A stretch of DNA of 64,000 nt from Heterodontus francisci (GCF_036365525.1 NW_027140453.1:1116001-1180000), one strand, 5' to 3'. Shown: positions 1 to 13,149, counted from the stretch's first letter. Notes: generated by a model from the sequence alone, not told the origin. Translations and numbers: made by a program.

Positions 1-1389
1 GGATGGAAAGGGGTTTGAGTGGGGACATAAGGTAGGGTCTCTAAAATAAACAGTGTAAACAGCAATTGCAGCTGCAAATGAGAACAGAACAAGAGGACAC
101 AGGCACAGAACGAAAACTGTCAGATTCAATTCTTCAGTATGCCGTTATGGACTGCATATGATTAAAAAAGCAGAGGCTCTGGATAGAGCAAAACAAAACA
201 TATTTACAAGTGAGCTCCCAAAACTGAGAGGATATAACCACAGGAAAGAATGAAGAGGCTGGTGCTGTTTTCTCTAGAAAAGAGAAGGCTGAAGGGAATA
301 ACCTGATCGAGGTATTTAAAATTATGACAGAGGCAAGATGATTCTACTTGTTGGGGAGACCAGAACCAGGGGACCATCAATATAAGACAGTTACTAATAA
401 ATCCAATATGGAATTCAGGAGAAGCCTTTTCAACCAGAGAGTGGCGAGAATGTGGACCTCGCTACCACAGGGAGTGGGCTGAGGCGAATAGCAGAGATGT
501 ATTTAAGAGGGAAGCTGGATAAACATATGGGGGAGAAAGGAATAAAAGGACCTATTGATGGGGTGAGATGAAGAGGGTGTGAGAAGGATAATGTGTAGCA
601 TTTAATCGGCTAGGATGTAGTGGGCTGAATGGCCTGGTTCGGTGCTGAAGTGTCGATATGATTTGATGTATTCCCCATTAACCTGAAGCGTTTAAATGGA
701 TGAGAAATATCAAAAGGGATTTTTTAAATTTGTGAATGGAGACTGGGTGTAGAATGCACATTGAACGGCCTGGGAAACGTGAGCTGAAAGTCCAGGGCAG
801 ATTGCGAATGATCTTTCCTCATTTACCAGAATCATGCCGGAATTAAATTGTGGGGGCAGGTTGCTTAGAGATGTTGAGCATTGGAGATTAAGGATTGATC
901 CAACTGATGTGTTTAAGATAATGAGAGGATTCGATAGGGCAGATAGAGCTGCAATTTACGCGGGTGTCAGAGCCCAGAACAAGGGTGAGGGTGGAGGGGA
1001 GCATTAGCTTAACATTAAAGCTTGGCCGTTCAGGGGTGATGCCAGAAAGGACATAACTGAACAAACGGTGGTGGAAATCTGGGCCTCTCTCCCCTATGAA
1101 ACTGCTGAGGCCACAGGGTCAATTGTCACTTCCCAATCTGAGAATGATAGAGCCTTGTTAGGAAAAGGGTTTGGAACACAAACAGGCTGATGGGGTTACA
1201 ATACAGATGAGTCATGACCTCACTGAATGTCGGAACAAGCTCGATGGGCTGAATGGCCTACTCCAGCGACAGCATTTCTATGTTCCTTTGTGCCAATACT
1301 CCGGGAGGTTCTTTCTAGTTGTGAAAGGCTCCTTCAGGACATGAATCAGAGAGAGGTGAGAGGTTTTGATGCAGGGATTTAGCTCTGTG

Positions 1390-1439
1390 CTCTTCTGATA
1401 TTTACTACTTCGGAGCTGGTACCAAGTTAACTGTTTTAG
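1390..1439 (+). CDS. TRBJ: TCRβ J segment (J-1 in window), SSDIYYFGAGTKLTVL
   Basis: FGxG motif; 12-RSS ggttttgat(1362-1370)-12 bp-ctctgtg(1383-1389); phase-1 donor g|gtacgt. Confidence 0.93.
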
Positions 1440-2203
1440 GTACGTTACCGTCTATATAAACATCTATTGTTCCATCATCCATAATGTATCGGTCTGTGTA
1501 TCCATCTTTATGTTTATCTATCGACGTAGCTACTTTTCTGTCGGTGTATATGTCTATCCAAAGGTGTGTTCTTTGGTACTGTTGTTTAGTATAGTGCAGG
1601 CGGGAGCTACCAGCCTTTACATTTTGGAGAACGTTCGGCTCTAACAGTATTGGGTGAGTTAGACTTTCATTCAATGAAGCTAGGGATGCTGGGTTCATCT
1701 TGTCTGTGCAGGCTGGTGGTCATCTGATGGACTGGCTCTCTGCTCCTTTTCACCAGCAGGAGAGAGGAGCATGAATGGGGAGGAGTGTCTATGAGGAGGC
1801 TTCCCCTTGCCTTCCCCAGACACGGTGAGAAATGAATCCGTTCTGTAAGCATTTTTCTAACTGGCACGTTCGGCACCTGAGCTATCTGGTCCCCAACTTG
1901 TGTGTAGAAGTTAATTAATAACTATGAACAACTCCATGTAAAATCTTCCAGTATTATAAGCACTGTATCTGTGGACATCTAACATATTCACAGATGGATA
2001 GATAGACGGTACTGTGAATGTTGCTAGCTTTAATGGTCAAGCCCCCTCTCCCCCACCTCCCCACCCGGTTATTTTATGCGTGTACTTTGTTGTATGGTCA
2101 GCTCATGTTAGTCAAAGGGCAATATCAAATATTAATGAGATGGACACTGAAAACTGGCAGGGCGCTATTGAGGAATGTTTTCGTGTTGTGACATGATGAT
2201 GTG

Positions 2204-2261
2204 GGTGCAGGAAATACCCAGCTATCATATTTTGGAGACGGCACTAAGTTAACAGTCCTGG
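2204..2261 (+). CDS. TRBJ: TCRβ J segment (J-2), GAGNTQLSYFGDGTKLTVL
   Basis: FGDG motif; RSS tgttttcgt-12-tgatgtg(2197-2203); donor g|gtgagt. Confidence 0.9.
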
Positions 2262-2694
2262 GTGAGTGAGATATTTGTTGAAACATATCAGTGGTCTCAG
2301 TAAGTATTAAAACTGTCGGCCGGTTTGCTCCCATCAGTTTGAAGAAAGGGGAGAGAACGTAAACTTTAGAAAAAAACAAAGAGTAGCGAAGCAAGAGTTA
2401 AAACAAATAAACATAGGGGAATGGCGAGGTGGAAATGGAGGAAGGCTAGGGAGGCAAACCATATCTACAGAGAGACAGATTGGGAGCAAAATGCAGGCAA
2501 AAGGGGACAGAGAATTAGAGAGAAAAAGTTTGGAGAGGTAGAGACAAAGACAAAAGAAATGACAAACAGAGGTAAAGAGGGAAAGGGCGGGGTAATGAAT
2601 GCCACCCAATACAAAATGATGCAACTGTGCTTAATTAACCGGCGTGTAGAGAGTTAAAGATTCCCTAGCTTTGTTACAACTGTGTAACATTGTG

Positions 2695-2746
2695 TCAGGG
2701 AACAATGACTACACATTTGGCGATGGCACAAACCTCGTGGTTTTAG
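2695..2746 (+). CDS. TRBJ: TCRβ J segment (J-3), SGNNDYTFGDGTNLVVL
   Basis: RSS agctttgtt-12-cattgtg(2688-2694); FGDG; donor g|gtaact. Confidence 0.92.
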
Positions 2747-3089
2747 GTAACTGATTAACGTGGCGTCAGTGAGAATCATTCCGCACGGTCTGATATGGTA
2801 TAGTCTGATTGAAATTTACAAGATTAATATATGAAGATAACGCTAATCATATTTCCTATTCAGGTGACATCCGTTTCTTAACAATGACCGATTGTGTGTG
2901 TGGAAATCAACAAGTGATAGCTATCTGAAAAAGCAGACTCTGAATGGCCTACCACTGCCCCTAATGTTACTCTATCAGTTTAATGCGAGGAGTGAGATAG
3001 AGAGAGAGCTAGGTTAAAAAAAGAGACAAGATGTTTGAAATGACCAGTTGATGATTCTGGAACGCACCATCATTGATTAAAGATTCACG

Positions 3090-3670
3090 AGGAGTTGAGT
3101 AAGGAAGTGAGGATTAACATTTACAAATCACTGGTTCGGTCCCAGCTGGAGTATTGTGTTCAGTTCTCGGTACCACACTTTATGAAGGATGTCGAGGCCT
3201 TAGATTGGGAGCAGAAATGATTCACCAGAATTGTACCAGAGATGAGGGACCTCAGATAGTTGTAGAGACTGGAGAACCTGGGCTTGTTCTCCTTTAAACA
3301 GAGAAGGTTAAAGGGAGATAGAATAGAGGTGTTCAAATTAATGAAGGTTTTGGATCGAGTTAATAATCAGAAACTGTCTCCATTGGTAGAAGGGTCGGTA
3401 ACCAGAGGACACAGGTTTTGAGGCAATTAACAAAAAGGACCAGAGGCGGGATGAAGAGACATTCTCCCACAGAGGTAGTTACTGTGATCGGGAAGGCACA
3501 TCTGAAATGGTGGTGGAAGTTGGTTCAGTCGTGACTTTCAAATGGGAATTGGATAGATACTCGAAGGGAAATATACTGGACTATGGGAAAACTCTTTCAT
3601 AAAGTCAGCACAGGACCTTCGGGCCGAATGGTCTCCCCTTCTGCGCTGCATATTTCTATGATTCTATGAG
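3090..3670 (+). mobile_element. CR1-like LINE 3' fragment
   Basis: ctggagtattgtgttcagttctcgg...ttctcctt..agaaggttaaagggag and ggccgaatgg tail; similar fragments at ~240-650, 840-1290, 9960-10400, 12340-13090, 16670-17195, 46950-47620. Confidence 0.8.
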
Positions 3671-3820
3671 CTTGTTCATTGAGCCACAAATATAAATTAG
3701 GAGATATATAAATTAAGGAGATGTGATCTACAAACCCTTTCGAGGACAGGGTCCAAGTGTGATATAGGCAAGACCTGCACCTCGCCTTCTGAGGTTTTGT
3801 TACAAGGGTCTCTCACTGTG

Positions 3821-3870
3821 TTCTGGCAATCAATATTACTTCGGAAGCGGTACCAAGTTAGTTGTGACAG
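3821..3870 (+). CDS. TRBJ: TCRβ J segment (J-4), SGNQYYFGSGTKLVVT
   Basis: RSS ggttttgtt-12-cactgtg(3814-3820); FGSG; donor g|gtgagt. Confidence 0.95.
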
Positions 3871-4172
3871 GTGAGTCCAGGAATGTTAGGCCAATTCTGA
3901 GAATGCATGTTGTCTGAAATGGTCGGAAAGATGTTTAAGGCTCCGGGTTCATTGGTGAAAGACATTTTTCCAATGCATTTAAGACACAAACAGAGACAGA
4001 GAGAGAGAGAAGGAGAAAGACTGATTCTTGAACTGGATCTGTGTTTAAAGAAGGGAAAATTTCTCCCATTTAGCTGATCATGGACAAACAAACAAGAGCT
4101 GTATTATTCACTCAAATATTCGGCAACCTTTCAGGGACCAGTATAGTTTAGTAACAGGGCTGAAACACTGTG

Positions 4173-4225
4173 TTCTGGAAGCTACGAGTATTTCTTCGGT
4201 GACGGGACAAAACTGACTGTGTTGG
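4173..4225 (+). CDS. TRBJ: TCRβ J segment (J-5), SGSYEYFFGDGTKLTVL
   Basis: RSS agtttagta-12-cactgtg(4166-4172); FGDG; donor g|gtgagt. Confidence 0.94.
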
Positions 4226-5282
4226 GTGAGTTGGACGTTCTTTGAAAAAAAAATGATTGTAGCTCACGCTGTTTCTGAGTTTCAGTTTGCAACTGAAATG
4301 TTGCATTGACAAATAACAAAAAAATTTCAGGCAGCATTTCCAATGTGCATAAAAGGCAGAATAGATGGAAAATACTAAGATGCACAGGGAAATACATTTT
4401 TTTAATTCGTTCGTGGCATGTGGACCAGAATTTATTGCCCATCCATAATTGCCCTCTGAGTGGTCTGCTAGCTCATTTTTTTTCATCAGATATGGGCGTC
4501 GCTGGCAAGGCCAAGTTTTTCTGCCCAACCCTAATTGCTCTTGGACTGGGTGGTTTGCTGTTTCAGAAGGCAGTTGAGAGTCAACTGAAGTCTGAAGTCA
4601 CTTATATGACAACAGGCGGGGTTTTCTGACAATTGACGATAGTTTCATGCAGTTAAACCAGACTTTCATTTATCAGTTGAAGTTTAATTCCTCTAGCTAC
4701 CCCCGGGATTTGAACCAGAACATTACTAGCACAGTGACATTATCACTTTGCAACCATCGCCCCTGCACTCAATGGGGTGTAGGTCTTTCCGCAGTCCTGT
4801 CAGGGAGGGAGTTGCAGATTTGTGAACCGTTTTCTCAGAGGGCAGATTATTTGTTTCCAAAAAATGCTGTCATCGTTCTTCCCCCAGAATGAGTGAAATA
4901 AAACATCATAATTACATTTAATTATATAGAATTTACAGTGTGTCAGCAAGCCAGTGGTGAAACTGCACACGAGCCTCCTCTCACCCTTACATCATCTAAT
5001 CTTCTATTCCTTTCTCTCCCATGTCTTTTTCCAATTTACTCCTTGAAAGCATCTCCAAAATCCATCTCAACCCATTCCCTGTGGTAGTGCATTCCACATT
5101 ATTACCACTATCTGAGTAACGAACTTCCCTTTCTATTCCTCACAATGATTTTCTAATTAACATTATAATGCCCTTAACATAAAGAGTCAAATCTCCAGTG
5201 CATTCTGTGTGAGGTTTTGCATCAGTGCACCAGCTTCATTGCTCTTCGACCTGTAGTTATACTATTGTCATGTAACATTGTG

Positions 5283-5335
5283 TACAGGAAATACTCTGTA
5301 TTACTTCGGTGACGGGACAAAATTGATTGTTTTAG
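5283..5335 (+). CDS. TRBJ: TCRβ J segment (J-6), TGNTLYYFGDGTKLIVL
   Basis: Heptamer cattgtg(5276-5282), weak nonamer agttatact; FGDG; donor g|gtgagc. Confidence 0.9.
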
Positions 5336-5843
5336 GTGAGCACAGAACTGAAGCTTTTGTTGTTTTCGTTAATGAGGATCCCTGAGATTCTCAGACGAAA
5401 TTAGATGCTCTAAAATACATCATGTTCTCGGTCACAGGATCACCTCGCCGATTTATATTGGCAGCCGGACCTGCAATATCTTGGTTTAAACATCTTTCAC
5501 CTTTGTTTTCAACTCACCCCAAGGCCTCGCTGTCTCCCTGTCCCTGCAACGTCCTCCGGCCCCTACAAACCTCCCTATCCCTGTAACCGCCTCCAGCCTC
5601 TATAACTCTCCTTATCCCTGTAACATCCTCCAATCCCGACAAATCTCGCTGTCTCTGTAACCTCCACCAGGCCCTATAACTAACCTTTTGTTCTCCTGTC
5701 CAATATCTAGGGTGCATTGCCGCTGTCTTTACATCACACATTAATAGTATGTAAATCTACAATTTGAGTACATCATTTCGAAGACGGTGCATTTTAGCAT
5801 TTCTAACTTGATGGGAGTTTTAACACTGACAGGCATCACTGTG

Positions 5844-5896
5844 CTCAAATAACTACGATTATACTTTTGGCGATGGGACCAAGTTAGTAGTTTTCG
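5844..5896 (+). CDS. TRBJ: TCRβ J segment (J-7), SNNYDYTFGDGTKLVVF
   Basis: RSS agttttaac-12-cactgtg(5837-5843); FGDG; donor g|gtaggt. Confidence 0.93.
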
Positions 5897-6566
5897 GTAG
5901 GTGAACGGTTTCAGCATTGTATTCATTTTACAGTTTAATTGCTATTATGTTGCCTCCAATGGGGAGTGGCGAGGGTTTAGTTAATGATTTGACCCAATCT
6001 CCAGCCTGCCTTTAAAAGAGATTAATTTGCTTCTCTTTTAGAGTAACACTATTGTTAAATTGTTCCATTCACTATCTACTGGGATAGTCAAACTTGATAA
6101 AGCCATTTGTTGGTCTATTGTTATATTCTGTGATTGCCCACAACTCTCCATTATTCTAGTTATCAATGGGAATATTAAGAATCTCATTGTAGCTTTTTAT
6201 GTGAAACTAAAGCCGTACTGGGATGTCGAACATCAGATATTTTGATGGAAAACCCTCTGATTTCACCTCTCGCAGAGGAATCCGTAGTAAAAGTACATGA
6301 TAATAATTGATTGTAAAAGATCTCTGGAACTCCCTCTTCAACAAAAAGCTGTGAATCCTGGAGGGCGATTAGACCTGACAAAATTGAGATGGAAATAACT
6401 TTGTTTGGGGAGGTTATCGAGGGATATCGAGATCAGAATGGTAAATGAAGTGAGGTACAGATCAGCCTTTGAATAGAGGAGCAGGATAGAGGGGCTGAAT
6501 GGCCGCCTCCTGGTGCAATAGGTTGTCTGGAGGGTAATAGTTTTGTAATGGGAGTGTAACACTGTG

Positions 6567-6622
6567 TTATGGAAAGACCGAACCATTATATTTTGGCCAA
6601 GGGACCAAGCTCACAGTTTTGG
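6567..6622 (+). CDS. TRBJ: TCRβ J segment (J-8), YGKTEPLYFGQGTKLTVL
   Basis: RSS agttttgta-12-cactgtg(6560-6566); FGQG; donor g|gtatgt. Confidence 0.94.
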
Positions 6623-6659
6623 GTATGTAAATGTTAAAGACTTTGTTTGTCTAACTAGT

Positions 6660-7180
6660 CCTTGAAGCGGCCAACACTCCCAGCTTATACACACTACTGA
6701 GTCAGCGGCGCTTGAGATGGCTTGGCCATGTGAGCCGCATGGAAGATGGCAGGATCCCCAAAGACACATTGTACAGCGAGCTCGCCACTGGTATCAGACC
6801 CACTGGCTGTCCATGTCTCCGCTATAAAGACGTCTGCAAACGCGACATGAAATCGTGTGACATTGATCACAAGTCGTGGGAGTCAGTTGCCAGCGTTCGC
6901 CAGAGCTGGCGGGCAGCCATAAAGACAGGGCTAAATTGTGGCGAGTCGAAGAGACTTAGTAGTTGGCAGGAAAAAAGACAGAGGCGCAAGGGGACAGCCA
7001 ACTGTGCAACAGCCCCGACAAACAAATTTCTCTGCAGCACCTGTGGAAGAGCCTGTCACTCCAGAATTGGCCTTTATAGCCACTCCAGGCGCTGCTTGAC
7101 AAACCACTGACCACCTCCAGGCGCGTATCCATTGTCTCTCGAGATAAGTAGGCCCAAAAGAAAGAAAAGAAAGAAGAAGG
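6660..7180 (+). mobile_element. 5'-truncated RTE-clade LINE (C-terminal ORF, 3' UTR and AAG-rich tail)
   Basis: ORF 6712-7110 LRWLGHVSRMEDGRIPK...RYKD...CSTCGRAC.SRIGLYSH is typical of the RTE C-terminus; ends in an aagaaag/aagaag tail. Confidence 0.8.
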
Positions 7181-8356
7181 GATAGTCTATCATCATATTC
7201 TGTAGTTTCCCATTAGTGTCCAGTTTTCGAATTATCAACCAGCACATCGACAATCTTATTATCCTTTCAAAAATATAGAAAATGCTGTGTGACATTAAAC
7301 CGACAGAGAAGTGCATTGGGTTGTCCAACGTAGAATGTTATGTTGGAAATGCCTTCTTGTGATTGGCTGAATTGTTTTGGAATTGGGAGACATTCCTCAG
7401 GCTCTTTTCTCAGGAGGGTTATTGGGTGGAGTAGAATCCAGGATAGACATGGCTGGAAAGACATGACCCTAATACTTTTGTCAATCCATACTTTATGGGC
7501 TTGCAGCCAAAATTAAGTCAACAATTCTGAGCTGTTGCCGCATAAAATTGTTAACCTCACACTAATTAATAAAAATGACCGCTTCGATTTTGTTTTAGAA
7601 GATTGTGCTTTGCCTTCATCCGTATAAAATTCAATCCCATTCTGAAACAGAGTTTGTTCAGCTTGTTATGATTAACGTCCTGAAACAGTGATCTTCTGGA
7701 ATGAATGCTCACTGTTGATAATGGGACAGACTTCTAAAAAAAACAGTTGATGGAAATAATTCGACAAGTATGCATGTTGGACACAAGAATACCACTCGGC
7801 CCATCTTACTCGAGTCGGCTGTTGGGAAATGTTCTCCAATTCGCCTCCCTCACCCCTTTTCTTTCTATACAGCCCTGCAATTTTCGCCTTTTTGAACTAT
7901 GCTCCAATTCTTTTTTGAAGTTCAATATGCAATCAGTATCTATCACATTTTCAGGTAATGCATTCCATATCATAACAAGTCGTTGTGTAAAGAAATGGCC
8001 CCTCAATAAACATCTGGATCTTTTGCCAATTGCCTTAAATCTATGTTCTCTGGTTGTGAAATCTCCGGCCTGTGGAATCAGTCTCCCCCTACTGACTCTA
8101 ACAAAGCCCTTCGTGGCTTTGAAATCAACTATTAAATCTCTCCTTCACCTTCTCTGGGAGAACAATCCCACCTTCTCCAGTCTGTCCACATAACTGAGTC
8201 CCTCATTTCTAGGACCATTCCAGTAAATCTCTCTCTGCACGCTCTCCAAGACCTTGACATCCTTCCAAAAGTGTGGTGCCCTGAATTGGGCACGAGACTC
8301 CAGCTCAGGCGTAACTGAGGGCCCTGGTAGTTTTACAACTGGCCTGTGATATTGTG

Positions 8357-8405
8357 TGCAGCTGGGACCTCGATCTCTTACTTTGGCTCTGGGATTACGT
8401 TCTAG
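8357..8405 (+). pseudogene. TRBJ: TCRβ J pseudogene (J-9), AAGTSISYFGSGITF*
   Basis: Good RSS agttttaca-12-tattgtg(8350-8356) and FGSG, but ~7 nt are missing after FGSG, giving an in-frame TAG at the donor. Confidence 0.85.
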
Positions 8406-8962
8406 GTAGGTGAACAAGAATAGATCTCAATATTCAAATTTAATTCCCTCTAAGTGTTCATTCATTGCTTCGTAATTCTGCCAAAACTCACAAACCTGGC
8501 CACATACTGGAAAACTTGAGTAAATTTGTATCCCAAGATGCACAATTTTGCAAAGACAACGTTACCAGACTTCTCTGTGTCTACCCTCTGGAACCCCCCA
8601 ACCCTTTCATAATCTTAGACGCCTCTTTCAGGTCACCTCTAAGCCTTCTCTTATCTATCATAAAGGCTATTCAGTCTTTCCTGATAGGTAAATATGTATG
8701 AAGACGAGAACTGTGCACAGTGATCCAAGTGTGGTCTAACCGAGGGATATGGAGACCAGAACTGTGCACAGAGCTCCAAGAACGTCTAAGCAAATTTTAC
8801 CATAATTTCTCTGCTTTAAAATGGAATGGTGGAGAAAAGGACAGACAAATCTACACATTGCAATTGGTTGAATTATAATTGTTCAAAGGTGTCAGAGCAT
8901 TCGATGAAGTATCGTGTAATCATTGGTCCCCAGCAGTTTTAATACTGCTTTGTAACACTGTG

Positions 8963-9018
8963 TTCTGGAAACAGCACACCTCTCCGCTTTGGCGATGGGA
9001 CAAGATTAACAGTTCTGG
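8963..9018 (+). CDS. TRBJ: TCRβ J segment (J-10), SGNSTPLRFGDGTRLTVL
   Basis: RSS agttttaat-12-cactgtg(8956-8962); donor g|gtatgt. Confidence 0.94.
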
Positions 9019-9654
9019 GTATGTAAAACCGAGCGATGTGTCCCCCCAGTGGTCAATGTAAAAGCATTAATCTTCACCAATGTAAAAGCAGAGAGGCAAG
9101 GCTCAACTAGTAGTGATTATCTTAAAGGCTGAACTCAGGAAGGGCCACTGTCGAGTTTATAACAGATGCAAACCCGAGTCAACGATTTTGAAAGGACTCC
9201 AATCAAACACAAGAAGCCACAAAGGACCATTCATCCCTTGAGCCTCTTACACCATTCACTTAAATCATGGCTGAGTTTTATCTTAGCTCCAGCTACCGTC
9301 TTTGGTTCCATAACCTTTAACACACTGACCCAACAAAAATGATTGAATGTAATAAACAAAGACTAGATCTAGTCAAGGTTGTAGAAGATTAGATACTAAA
9401 TGGCAAACTCACCTAGTCTTCCTTCAAGAAAATAACTAAATTGAGTGCATAAGGAATTGACTTACATTTATGCTGAAACACTATTTCAAATCAGAATTCA
9501 AAGTGAGAGGTACTTGGCAATGTCCAAACAGTTTAACAATTTCACTACTTGCTTTCTTGGCATACTAAATAAATATAGGGAACAAGCTACTGCATTGGCA
9601 GTCTACGGGAACTGTTAGGCAATCCTAGTTTTCTGATCGGAATGTAGCATTGTG

Positions 9655-9706
9655 GATGTAACTACTAACTTTCATTTTGGCCCCGGTTCCAAATTAACAG
9701 TGTTGG
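9655..9706 (+). CDS. TRBJ: TCRβ J segment (J-11), DVTTNFHFGPGSKLTVL
   Basis: RSS agttttctg-12-cattgtg(9648-9654); FGPG; donor g|gtaagt. Confidence 0.93.
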
Positions 9707-10723
9707 GTAAGTTTTAAAAAATGTAACGTTTTGAGTGCGTCAATTAAGTTAGTTGCATATTTACCCATGGCATTGCACTCCAGTACATAACTGCACAGTG
9801 CTGTATGTCTGACCCTGCTACCCAGATTTCCCTCGTTGCCCCACTTATTACCAAATTATCGTAATAATTATTATATTTATTTCGCAATATTTCAGCAAGA
9901 TGTATTCTGAAAACAAGTAGGATAAAGCAGAGAAGATTAAGTGGTGGTGGGAGGATTGATACCAGGGAGAAAGGATTTCAGCTTTGTAGAGAGACTGGAA
10001 AAGCTGAATATTGTTCTCCTTGGAGCAGAGAAGGTTAAAGAAGATTTGCCAGTGTGGTACCAGGGATGAATGACTTCAATTGTGTGGAGATACTGGAGAA
10101 ACTGGGGTTGTTCTCCTTAGAGAAGAGAAGGTTAAGGTGAGAATTAATATCATATTCAAAATGTCCAAAATCATATGGTTTGTAATAGAGTAAATAAGAA
10201 TAACTCATTTCTGCTGGGAGAAGAGTCGGTAAGCAAAGAGAACAGATTTGTGATTGGCAAAAGAAACAAAGAGGGAGATGAGTATTTGCTTTTACACAGC
10301 CAATTGTTGTGATGTGGAATGCACTGCCTGAAAATAGCTCAAACAATGCATTTGATGCATACTTGAAGGCGAACAAATGTAGGGTTATGGTGAAGCAGCA
10401 AGAAGCTCTGGGTGTTCGCAGAAGATTGAGCAACCTGAAGGCTTAATTCTAATTGGTATCCCCTGATGCAGTGCGACATAGTACTTGTCTGCATCTTTAA
10501 TATTGACTAATATCCAATAATAACAGCAAGCATAGCACAGGGCTTCCTTTGCAGGGGATTAGCTAGCATTCCAAAGCACAGAAGTTACATGAAACTTATA
10601 TAGAACTTTGGTTAGATTGTTGCAATTTCAATGAATTTCGATGTAAAATCCCCAGCACCAACTCCATCCATCTGGAGGGGAGAGACACTCTTGTTAGTTT
10701 TAGTGTAGGGTTGTAGCATGGTG

Positions 10724-10774
10724 CTTCAGGATATGAACAGTATTCTGGAGGGGGCACGAAGCTAAGCGTTTCGG
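10724..10774 (+). CDS. TRBJ: TCRβ J segment with non-canonical motif (J-12), SGYEQYSGGGTKLSVS
   Basis: RSS agttttagt-12-catggtg(10717-10723); SGGG replaces FGxG; donor g|gtgagt intact. Confidence 0.85.
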
Positions 10775-13149
10775 GTGAGTAGCTGACAGTACAAGAGGTC
10801 TCAGTTAATGATGGATGGACAGAAGTCTGCTGTTGTTATACGGATGCAGTTCTCTAATTGTGGGGAGGGATTTTAGCAGATGAACACGAGGATTCATTTC
10901 ACGTGTAGGGGACATTTACGCGGGATTCGTGCATTGTTCTGTCAGTGAGGCGGTGGCTCCTTATTTCTGTAACTTCCTCTGGACCTAAAAGAAACCCTGA
11001 TGATTTCTCTGTGCTCCTCCAATTCTGGCCTCTTGTGCATCCTGCCCTCCCTCGAACCCACCATTGGCGGCTGTGCCTTCAGCTGCCTGAGCCCTAAACC
11101 CTGGAATTCCCTCCTTATACACCTCTGCTTCTCTCCCTCTCTCCTTCTTTGAGAAGTATCTTAGAACCTACTTCTTTGACAGGTCACCTGTCCCTAATAT
11201 CTACTTCGATAACACGGTATCAAGTTGCTGTCTGAGTTGCTCTGATGGTGTGATTTTTCACTGCATCAACGGTGCTAGTTAAATGCAATTTTTTGTTGTT
11301 ATTAATCACCAGGTAGGCCTCGCCTGGAGTATTGTGACCAATTCGTGGCGAACACACTTTAGGAAGGATGTCAAGGCCATAGAGAGGGTGCAGAAGATGT
11401 TTACTAGAATGGTACCAGACATGGGGAGGTTTCACTTGTGTTTAGAAATGGGAGAAGCTGGGATTGTTCTCCTTGGAGCAGAGAAGGCGAAGGGGAGATC
11501 AGTGTTGTTTTATTAAACTTATTCTTAAAATAAAGACACATTCGCAAGTAACCAGGAAAAGCAGACAAAATATAAAGGGAAAATTAATTGAAGACAAACA
11601 ACAGCGTGGTGAATCCCGGAGGGAGGAAGTCCCAATAAAAGTACAATTGTTAAGACCAAAATTAAACTTGCGTTCAGCCCCTTTGCAAACAGGCAGATTT
11701 TGGACAGCAACGTGCGCAAGGCACTTTCGTGTATTGCAGCAAAGGTACCAAACGAACGAGTGCTTGGTAAAGACGCACCATTGTCAAACTGCATCTGTCA
11801 ATTGCAGCTCAACTGGTTGAGAAAGAGACCAGATCTCAAAATACAGCTTGGGTTTAAGTATTTCAGTGAAGTTACACAGTGGTGACACTCTTACCTCCGA
11901 GTCAAAAAAAAAAGCGAATTCCACATTCTCACTATTCTCTGGGTGAAGAGGAGTCTCCTGAAATCTCCATTGGTTCAATATTCAGAACAAAAATGTAACA
12001 AAATTAGGCATCAGTCATTATGTTAATGATTGTATCATTTTAATATTCATGGCATTCTCACAGAGTCTTGACTGTAAACCCAAACCTGTTCAGGTATTTC
12101 TTTCGCAATATTACGCTCATAGAGCTTTAGAGTTAAAGAACTGACTGTGGAGTGTAGTCACTGTTGTAATGTAGGGAAAGGTTTCAGCCAAAATGCGCAC
12201 AGCAAGATCCCACAAGCATCATTGCACTAAATGACCAGATAACCGGAAATGGTGGATGTGAAGTGCTGAATGAGGGATAAATATTGGCTCGGACACACTC
12301 CCCTTATTTTCTTTGAGCCAATACATTGTTTCTCAAACGGTACAATTTTAAATTGGGTGCAGGAACAGAGAAACCAGGGGGATGTATGTTCATAAATCTA
12401 TGAAGGTGGCAGGGCAGGTTCAAAAGGCTATCAAAATGCACACTGAATCCTTTTGGCTCTGTAAACAGAGGCACAGAGGGCAAAAGCAAAGCTGTTATCA
12501 TGAACATTTATAAAACACTGTTTAGGCCTCAGTAGCAGCATTGTATTCCATCCTGGTGCCACCCTTTGGAAAACAGGTTAAGTCCCCAGAGAGAATGCAG
12601 AGTAGATTGACTGGAATGGTTCCAGAGTTGAGGCACTTCAGATATCGTGAAGAGATTGTAGAAGCTGGGATTGTTCTCCTTGGAGCAGAGAAGGTACAGG
12701 GAAAATTTTAATTGAGGTGCTGAAACTCAGGAAGGCTTTTGATAGAGTTAAAAGGGAGAAACCTTTTTTTCCAGTGGGAGGAGGTTCGGTAACCAGAAGG
12801 ACACAGATTTAAGGTCGTTGGCAAAAAAAAGGGGGATGAGGAAATATTTTGTTTAAACAGCGAGTTGTTGTGATTTGGAATGTAATGCCTGACATGGTGC
12901 TGAAAGCAGATTCAATAGTAGCTTCACTTCAATAGTAGCTTTCAAAAGGGAAATAGAGAGAGTTTGAAGGTACATAGTTTACTGGGTTATGTGAGAAGAA
13001 CAGGGTGGGGAGTAGGATTAATTGGCTAGTTCTACCAAAGAGCTGGAATTCACACAACAGGCCGAATGGTCCCCTCCTTTCATGTGTGAGTTTATGGTAG
13101 CACTAATTATTAAATATTACATTTGGGGGAAGAGACAAGAGTAGGATTA

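Noticed and set aside
1-1360. Dβ segment of the main cluster
   Set aside because: ggggac at ~21 has no flanking heptamer/nonamer pair; the region is mostly CR1 debris, so the D is presumably upstream of the window.
2010-2045. Heptamer-like tactgtg as an extra J
   Set aside because: No nonamer at 12 bp, no FGxG and no donor.
5213-5240. Nonamer-like ggttttgca upstream of J-6
   Set aside because: No heptamer at 12 or 23 bp spacing.
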